Source: Octopus vulgaris (taxonomy: Eukaryota). Taken from it: a stretch of DNA of 64,000 bases. Numbering within the stretch: the first letter of the stretch is position 1; each line of letters begins with the position of its first letter. Made by a program: the position numbers and the translations under genes. Below the pieces are notes generated by a model. It was given only the letters and a program-made list of their open reading frames with translations. It was not told the DNA's origin and searched no databases. This document shows positions 54,547 through 64,000 of this stretch, one piece after another. Location of the stretch: the NCBI GenBank assembly GCA_951406725.2, contig OX597816.1, positions 129,270,001 to 129,334,000 on the forward strand. The letters are read 5' to 3'.

Positions 54547-55510
54547 TTAATAAGGGTGAGAGAATTAGATACCAGATATATATATATATATATATATTTG
54601 TTTATTTTCAATAAGGTATGAAATTCTTTTTATTTTCTTTCAATTTCATCAACTTGTGACTGGAATGTTTGGCAATCAGATCGCCATATCCAATGTTGTG
54701 ATTCACAAGAATATTACCCATGTGATCAAAAATATCTGATTGATCAAGACTTCGCCTAGAACTGGCTCCAACAACAATTTCATCTTATTGTGTCTTTCTC
54801 TCTGAGCTTATCCATCTCTATAAATTCAGCACACCTTAGCTGCTGTGACAGACACCATAGGGCAGACAGCAGCTGACCCAAGCTGACAATACAAAGGCAA
54901 TGAACAGTCAAGAAGATGAAAGGCATTAGAAGTCAGTAGAATAGCAAGTAGCTAGCCACAATGAATGATCAGTGACAGCAACACAAGGACCAGCAACTAA
55001 CTTTTTGACTGGTGCTACAACCACATCAACCACAGAAAGAATACATATTTTGTTTATCAAAAATCTCATCAGATATCTGTTCTTCTTTGTAACAAGCTAG
55101 TACCAAAAACATATATTGACTGTGTTTGATCTTTCAAGAAGGGACTAATTCCATATACTATTCACCTCTGCAATATTTCTTTTGAAGTAAGCTTGAGCTT
55201 ACAAGCTCTTCACAGTTCAATAGTAATAATAATAATCCTTTCTGCTATAGGCATAAAGCTTGAAACTCTGGGGGAAGAGGTAAGTTGATTACATCATCCC
55301 CAGTGTTCAACTGGTACTTATTTCAATGACCTTGAAAGGATGAAAGGCAAAGTCGACCTTGGCAGAATTTGAACTCAGAAAATAAAGACAGATGAAATGC
55401 CACTAAGCATTTTGCCTGGCATGCTACCAATTCTGCCAGCTCACCATGTGGAGTTATCTAAGACCAAAACATAACTAGAGTTGTCATACTAGTAATCCTT
55501 TCTGTTAAAG

Positions 55511-55783
55511 CAGTGGTTCCCAAAGTGGACAATATCACCCCCCTGGGGGCTGTGAAAAGTTCCAAAGGGGCATTGAAGAAAAGTGGGGTGATAATGGGGT
55601 AGCAATTTATGTGAAAACAAAATAATGGGTTCGTTAGGTTAAGTTTTATTTGTTAAATACAGTTGTTTTAAATTTACTTCAAAAACAGGTCTATGTTTGT
55701 GATGGTTTAGTTGGGATGGGGGCACTAGGAATGTGGCGTGGGTATCAAGGGATCAGCAGTCGGAAAAAGTTTGGGAATCACTG
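55511..55783. mobile_element. hAT (Charlie-like) MITE with perfect 8-bp TSD
   Basis: TGTTAAAG|cagtggttcccaaa ... tttgggaatcactg|TGTTAAAG. Inserted in the tail of a SINE. Confidence 0.92.
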
Positions 55784-57989
55784 TGTTAAAGGCTGAAATT
55801 TGGTGGGAAGAGATTAGTCAAATACATCAACTCCAGTGCTCAACTGGTACTTATTTTATCAACTCCAAAAGGATGAAAAGCAAAGCTGACCTCAGCAGAA
55901 TTTTAACTTCAAGCATATAGGTAGAGGGAATGCCATTATGCATTTTGCCTGATATACTAATTATTCTGCCAGTTTGCTACCTTTGTCATTATACTAGTAG
56001 TGATCACACAATTTTTATTTAGTAAAATTTGAGGGGTGTCTCCTCTTGTCTATTTTTACCCAGAGTTAATCACTTTGGTAATGTGAGTTTTCATCATTAA
56101 GAGTGTAATTTTAATTTTAATTTCCCAGCTCATTATATGAAGTAGGTTAGCTCTTTCTCTTTACTATTTATTATACAGAAGGTATCTCTTAGTATTTTTA
56201 CCCAGTCATTTCTTACAGCATCCTTAATTTCTATCCTGTCAATTGTGTCTTTATTGTGTCGAAGACCAAAATATAATCGTTCACTCTACATAGTTGCATA
56301 TATCTAACTATAACTCTTAGTAGAAACTCAACTGGCTAAAGAAAGTAGCAGCCAAATTACCCTCAAATTACATTTTACACTCTTCAAAGAAGAGGAAAAG
56401 ACTAAATAACATAGTCCTAGAGAAAAGGGGTGATCGTAACTGAAATACCTTTGATCAAAGGTCTGCTCAGCCACATCTGACCTGGAGCAAATCAGCAACA
56501 ACATGAGAACTATGAGGATACCTTTATATGATTGTCTGACCTGTTAGAGATTGCACCCCAATCTCTCTCCTGTGATTCCTTTTGGTCTGTCTTTTGGTTT
56601 ATAGGTGTTTTGGGTTATGTTAGTAGACATTCCCAGTTATAATTTAATTGAATGGTTTGTACCAGAGATGATGTTTTCCATTTAAAATCTCAGATTGTAA
56701 GTAACTAGGTCAACCTGTCCAGATATTTATAAGCCCTTCCATTCAGTTTTGGCAAAGTATTTCTCAAAACATAAAGAATATAACATCTAGCTGTTTCTTT
56801 TAATTATCAGTTGATCACTTAAAAGTTAAAACTAGGACAGACATTACTGTCACTGTGGTGTTCAAATTTCATTCTCCATTACTTATCATTTTGCTCATTC
56901 CCCACCTTCAAAAGTGTTTTTCATATTCCACCATCACACATTCTACTGCACAATGAATATCAACTAGTTTTACTAAGATTCCTTATTATCATCTCATGAA
57001 TAAGTATAATGCTGCTTATCTTGGTTATCTTCGGTGAAAGTTTTGCAACCATCATCTTCAATGAAGATAATTGTTTTGACTATACCGGCAATAAACACCA
57101 GACCATCAACACTACTACAATTGATAACATTAACATTTTAGAGTTTTCACAACGACTGAGAGATGTTGTGTGTAGGTCAATCGCTAATCTATGTCTTACT
57201 TGCCTTGTAACTGTCCTAAGTTAATTTATAAATGAGTTATATCTAAAGTTTGTTGCTTCACTTCTTAAATAATTTGTGTAAAGGGTCTATTGTTGATGGC
57301 TGATAGAATTTGTCTTTGATGAGATTAACTTTACCTGTCATTAATTTATAGGTTTTTTCTTTCTTTCTAAAGAAGATTGAAGGTACATGAAGTGTCTTAA
57401 GTTTAGGCTCATGTTCTCTCTAAGGTGATTCTTTAATTACAAGTTTCTTTAATGTTGCATTCTTTTAATGTTAAAATTGATTTGATGACATTTCTTCTTC
57501 CACATTTTCTACCAATTTTTTTGTTGTTGTCTTTGACAACATAGTTTAGTCATAGCCCTAATAATATTTTCATACTTAATATGCAATCTTTCTTAAACTT
57601 TTAAAAGTATCTGATTTTAAGAGTATTTTAGTTGATCACTGCAAAGATTCTTTTTATTATTTTTCCCCACAGAATTCATTTAAATTAACTAAACATAGAT
57701 GCAGTATATATCGTTTCTTTTTTCTACAGACTAAGACTTGACTGAAACTTCTTTTGAAATGATACATTAGTTATTTCTTTACATTTATAATAGCATATTC
57801 TGTAAGATACTTGAAGAAGGAGAGATATAAGAACTTCAGCATGATACTTTGAAACTGAGGTTTTAAATCATGAAAGAATAATTCCCCAGTGTACATTATA
57901 TCTAGAACTGACCACATAAATTAAGATTATGAACTTCTAGTAATATAGCCAAGTACATCCACAGATGAAAAGACATCCCACATCACAAC

Positions 57990-58092
57990 CACATCATAGT
58001 CATCATCATCATCATCATCATCATCATCACCATCACCATCATCATCATCATCATCATTGTCATCGTCATCGTCATCGTCATCATCGTCATCG

Positions 58093-58128
<36 letters not shown>
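57990..58128. repeat. (CAT)n microsatellite
   Basis: Direct reading. Confidence 0.95.
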
Positions 58129-58129
<1 letters not shown>

Positions 58130-58689
58130 ATAAATGTTCACTTTTCTATGCTTGCATTGGTTAGATGAAATTTGTTGAAGCAGATTTTTCAATGGCCAAA
58201 TGCTAACCCTCACCTGTTTCTAAGCAAGATACTATTTCTTCATGGCCAGGCATGTTTTCCAAAAGAGAATGAAGAACAGTGCCTGTATGACAGTGGCACT
58301 CACTTACAATAATCACATGTTGTCAGGATAGGAAGACACCAGTTCACACACACACACACACATAGGACAGGCTTCTTTCAGTTTCTGTCAACCAAATCCA
58401 CTCAAAAATTTTGGGTTGGCTCGGGGCTGTTCTATAGGATGCTTGCCCAAAGTTCAAATGGTTGAGAAGCAAGCTTCTCAGCCACTCAGCTACGGTTGTA
58501 TTACCATCAGAATACAAAAAGCCAGATAGACAAATATAAGGCATACCACCTGACAAATCATTACCTTGCACTGATATATTATCAGGAGGAAAGGGGCAAA
58601 GCTGACTTCAGTGGGATTTGAACTCAGAATGTGAGTAGTCAGAACAAATTAGTACAAAGCATTCTATCCAAAGCTTTAAAAAAAACCAG

Positions 58690-59012
58690 ACCATCTCAGC
58701 CATGAATGACCATGGGATTGCACCTAGAAAGTTACCCTCCAAAGCATAAGTCTGGCCAATGTTATTTATTGAAAACCAGCAGTCGCCCATGCATACCAGG
58801 CTCCTCTCTCCACACCACCAATATTATCCAAGGGAAAGGCAAAATCTGATACAGCTTGGCACCAGTGATGTTGTAACTCATTTCTACAGCTGAGTGAACT
58901 GAAACAATATGAAATAAAATGTCTTGCTCAAGAACACAACACAAAGCTCAGTCTAGGAATCAAACTCACTACCTCATGATTGTGAGGCCAACGCTCTAAC
59001 CACAGAGCCATG
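58690..59012 (-). mobile_element. tRNA-derived SINE, third family
   Basis: Minus-strand head tggctctgtggttagagcgttggcctcacaatcatgaggtagtgagtttgattcc, followed by gtgttcttgagcaagaca. Confidence 0.75.
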
Positions 59013-60698
59013 TGTGTGTGTGTGTGTTACTGTCTCCTTGTCTTGACATCACATGATAGTTGTAAGTGGGTGTTATTGTCATGCAAGTAGTAGTATCCTC
59101 CAGAAATTCCATCTGACCCATGCAAGAATGGAAAAGTGGATGTTAAATGATGATCATGATGATGTTTGAACTGAGAAAATGCATATGTGACTCAGTTTTT
59201 GATTGCTATAGTTATTCTGTTCAGGAACTTTTGATTAATTTTATTGAAAACTTCAACTAGTTTGCCATGTCAGTTATTCTCAGAAATTCTTCTGCTAATA
59301 AATGCATAGTTTCGAAATAGGACAATAGACATAACCATTGTCATACAACATATTTTAAGAGTTAGCCTCAGATAATAGTCAGTTAAATTCAGTTAATAAA
59401 ATCACTATTTTTTATCCTTTTTTTTATTTTGCTTCAATCATTTGGCCTGTGGCCATGCTGTGGCCTTGAGGAATTTTAGTCAAATGAATGGACCACAGTA
59501 CTTACTTTTTTAAGTCTGATACTTATTCTATTGGCCTCTTTTGCTGAACCACAAACTTACAGGGATGTAAACACACCAACACTGGTTGTCTAGGAGCAAT
59601 GGGGACAAACACAAACACAAAGACACACATATACAAACATATATTACATGTAAACATAAATACACATACACACACACACATATGCAACAGGCATCTTTCA
59701 AAGTCTGTCCACCAAATCCACTCACAAGGCTTTGGTCAACCTGAAGCCAGAGTAGAAGACCAAGGTTCCATGCAGTGCGAGTGGACCCAGAGCCATATGG
59801 TTGGGAAACAAACTTCTTACCACCAAGAGACTAGATGCTTCACCTATCTAATAAAAGATTGCTTTGTTAATAGGTAGCAACTGATGACAATTTTAAACAC
59901 TGACGATATTATGTAAATCTGGCCCAACTTTATTCATTGAGTCTATTTTCTTGTGATCAAAATCTTTACATTTAAGCAAGTGTAAATATCCCCCAAATCA
60001 AGAAGTCCTGTACTCCACAGCAGAAATGTCTCAAGAAGACCCATACTCATAGTCCACAGCAGAAGTGTTAATACCACTCCTCCTGGTGAAGAGGGTTGGC
60101 CTTCAAGAGTCCTGAATCAATGTCACATAAAAAGCACTCATGCTGGTGCCACTTAAAAATGCTTGTGTGGTGCCACATAAAAACACCCACCACACTCTGT
60201 AAAGTCATTGGCATTAGGAAGGGTATCCAGCCATAGAAACCATGCCGAATCAGACTGGAGCCTGGTGCAGCTCTCCAGCTTGCCAGCTCTGATCAAACCA
60301 TCCAACCCATGCTCGCATGGACAATGGATGTTAAATGATGATGATGATGGTGGTGGTGGTGGTGGTGGTGGTGGTGGGGTGGTGGTGGTGGTGGTTCAGT
60401 ACAATAATTTCAATAAGCAAAACATTTACTGTTAATATAGTTTTTGATACTCAAAGCCGGACTCCTACTATTAAAACCACAGGTTTTAATAGTTATATGG
60501 TTATGAACTTTGCTTTGCAACCATGTGGTTTTCAGATTCAGTCCTACAGCATAGCACCAAATGTAAATGCCTACTTCTATAGCCTCAGGCCAGCCAAAGC
60601 CTAGTGAATGGATTTGATAAGCAGAAACTGAAAGAAGCTCATATTAGATGTGTACATGCATGTGTGTGTGTGTGTTTGTGTGTATGTGTGCATGTGCA

Positions 60699-60743
<45 letters not shown>

Positions 60744-63700
60744 TTGTGTGTGTGTATATGTGTGTGCGAGTGTGTGTGTGTGCGCATGCATGTGTGTATG
60801 TATGTGTCTGTGGGGGGATGGGGAATCATGTCTCCTTGACTTGACATTGCATTACTAATAGTAAATGAGCATAAGCATCGTATAAGTGATGTTGTTTATC
60901 AACAATCTGCCATTAAACATGTTTCGCCATTGATTGTGTCGTTTGTGTTCAAAGGTCCAGAGGAAATATCACTTCACCTGGAAGCAAGGAAAAACGGAGG
61001 TTAGTATGATGAGAGCAATGGCAACAATGGTGATGGTGATGATGGCAACACCAATGATGGTAATAGCAATGATAACAATGTTGATGTCAACAACTTTCCT
61101 TCGTATGCTATTTATTAAGCCTTCACTAAGATAGTCTTATGTAAGTTAGGTGGGGTGAGGTTAATGCATGACCTTTCTACCCCTTTCCAGATTGAGGTGA
61201 TTGATGTGATTGCTATTCAGCTTCAATTTCCACAGATCAATATATGCATGAGAATATATTGGTAGAGAGATAAATAGTGATCTGATCCAAATGCTTGTAG
61301 CCAAGTGAATGGTATTAAAAATGCCCAAGGAGCAGGTTTTGGAGTTAAACTGGGATAAAAACATAAACAGGATCATTATGAATGTTACCAAAGTTTATAC
61401 ATGAATTTTATCAGTGACCAGGTTACAGGTGTATAATGAAAATGTTCGTGTCTCATAAAATGAACTTAAAGTGGATTTAACAATTTTGGCTGGACTGGTT
61501 CTTCCACGATGCAGTTGTTTTTATCATTTAATATATATAAGGTTGTGAATCAAAAACTTTACTGAGTTTTGAATCAGCTGATGCAAATTCTCCAGTTTAA
61601 GACCATGGCCTGACTATACTGACATAAAAAGCAAAACCAACGAGAAAAAAATTAACTGTGTTGCCATATAAAGCATTGACATCTCCATGAACATGGTTCA
61701 ACCAATCAGATTAGCTGGTATGTAACCAAATAAGCAAAGTAAGTTTTGTGAATTTTCCTGTCAAATAGTTTTATTGAAGGTTCTAGAAGCTTGACTAACT
61801 GTTATAAAAACTGTTATAAAAATGGGATGTTAAACCCACAAACAGAACAACCTCAGGTGCTGTGCAGAAATCTGTCACTCAGTTATTGATAAGATGTTCT
61901 TACTCATTCTACTTATTCTGTTTTTAATAACCATGATTGATTTTTATATAACCAAAATATTTTATGTAATAATGACTTTTAACAGTCACATTCACTGTCT
62001 CACATATGCAATTTCATTCAAATGATTATTATAAATACGTTAATGCAAATGTAATTAAAAAAATATGGCAACTTAAATGAATATTAGTGTGGTCAGCCAA
62101 ATACTGTGTACTACCAACAATGATTTAATGACCAAGTCTGCTAACATTTTGTGATGCTTACAGTAGAATTTCTATGATGAGAATGACGTGAGTGAAACTC
62201 ATTGTCTAAAAACCACCTGCAATAAGAATGGATAGAACCTCTTTTAAATTAGTTAATTGATTAATATAAACAGTTAAGAGCTTTGAGATGAATAAAAGTA
62301 TTTGCCTTTGAGTTTGCAATAGCTATCCTTGTTTTAGAAAGATCTTTATCAATTATTATTATTGAAGTATTTCGTATTATCGGCAGCAGCTTTATCGTTT
62401 TTGTAATAATCCGTTCTTTCATTCATTATTCCTGTTATACAGAATAAAGCCAACAGGAAACGAATTAGAGGCAATGTTAACAAAGCGTCGAATTTCACCT
62501 CTTAAATAAACAAAGCACGGCAAGGAAAATATAAAAACGCCAGTCTTTAATTTTCATTGTAAATTTATTTTGATATTTCCCGTGATATGCGATGATAAGT
62601 TGCTGAAATCCTTTATTTACACCTTATTTTTCAATTTCTTATTTCATTCTTAATTGGGTACTTGAAATAAGGGAAATAACTCTTATCATCAGTACCTGAT
62701 TATCTTTCTTGAATATAATTTTCATAAACACGAAGCGTTTACGAATTGTAAATGAATAGATGTTGCAGATAGAATTGACAGAATGTTTAAATGACAGATC
62801 GATGGAAAAGGGAAGGGTTCGTATCCTGTCAATGGCACAGTCCTGTGCCCATTGTCAATACACCATCTTAATTGTGGGCGGTTATAATACCAATTGATAC
62901 ATCTTACTGTTTTTGTTGTAACAGGAACATTGCATAATCAATCAACGATTGTTTTTGTGGAGTTAGAGTACTGATTTAAAGTATTTCTGCAGACCTGGGG
63001 GTCATAATACAGACATTCATACCACCATTCAAAATGAACAAGAAATAAATTATTGAAAGTATCCATATGTAAAAAAATTTAAGATTTGTAATTTAATAAA
63101 ATATATGAATATAAAATGTTCAAATGTATCTTGTAGAAATATTTAAGCAACTACAGAATTATAGATTATCCATTTATTTTATTTTTATCTCATAAACAAT
63201 ACAGACTTTTGTTTTCCGTCTGACTGTTGATACTTTTATTTGTCGCTGCTATAAATACCCCCATTATCAAGCTTAATATTAAAATATTTTCATATATGCT
63301 ATGGAATAAATATTTGCTATTAGACTTTAGAAAATAGCTCAGACATTTTAATGCATTATTCAGCTTCGATATAATTGTGTTTTTATTTATTTATTTAAGA
63401 AACCGTTATTGATTTTTTTTTCTTTTGGCACAATATCAATTTTTTTTTTTAGATGTAAAGAATCAAATGAACAACCCACAATATATTCCTGGTACACTTA
63501 TTTAATTGCATTCAAATTGATGAAAACCCAAGTGAACACAAGTAATATTTGAACTTAAACATATCAATCAGTTATTCTCAATATTTTTTTGATTTTGTGG
63601 TACCCAGTATACCAAGAAAAAAAGGTTTTATAAAAACAGTTTGAAAGAGAAATTTGTAAAAATAAACAAAGAAAAACTGTTGTTTACCTGATTTGATTAA

Positions 63701-64000
63701 GCATATTTGTATGTGACAAAATTATGAACAGCTCGTTAGAGTTGATTTTGTAAAAACCTTAAAATATATTTTTTTAAATCCGTCAGACACCTTGATATGC
63801 AAGTCCACTGAGCACACTGCTTGAGAGCCACTTATGTAGATAGACAATACAAAATTTCAGTGGCCTGTTTCTATCAAAATTCTTTCACAGAAACCATTAC
63901 AACTTGAAAAGAAAGAAAATAGCAGAGAGAGAAATACTCCTCTCCAGTAAATTTACTGGCAAATGAGCTTGGTGAAGAAAGTATTGTTCTCCGGTAAATT

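Noticed and set aside
54630-54790. Minus-strand open frame DEIVVGASSRRSLDQSDIFDHMGN...
   Set aside because: About 50 codons, weak acceptor site, no recognisable homology; cannot be supported as an exon.
57009-57224. 71-aa ORF with a hydrophobic N-terminus (possible secreted peptide)
   Set aside because: Short, no recognisable family, no supporting gene structure; expected by chance in 64 kb.
57965-58168. Poly-histidine ORF
   Set aside because: It is a (CAT)n microsatellite attached to a retroelement tail.

Overview
AT-rich, microsatellite-saturated, repeat-dense animal genomic DNA. I recognise the SINE families and the very long (TA)n/(CA)n/(TAA)n tracts as Octopus-like (coleoid cephalopod); this is recognition, not a database result. 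I found no convincing host protein-coding exon. Nearly all listed ORFs are microsatellite artefacts or transposon debris. Supported elements: a near-full-length mariner with TIRs and TA TSD; maT/DD37D and other mariner relics; an R4/Dong-type RLE LINE ending in (TAA)n; RTE LINE 3' fragments; a Penelope RT/GIY-YIG relic; piggyBac-type and hAT-type MITEs with intact TSDs; and many SINEs. The most interesting signal is hammerhead ribozyme (HHR) sequence in three forms. (1) A ~357-bp head-to-tail dimer at 19148-19865, each unit carrying a type I HHR on the minus strand plus many hairpins, one with a compensatory base-pair change; this is a candidate cephalopod non-LTR retrozyme / circular RNA. (2) A ~645-bp palindrome at 34537-35181 containing an HHR with a ~100-nt rod-like stem II. 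(3) Six or seven decayed Penelope-type minimal HHR motifs near (TA)n tracts. All HHR copies carry some deviation from consensus, so activity is unproven.
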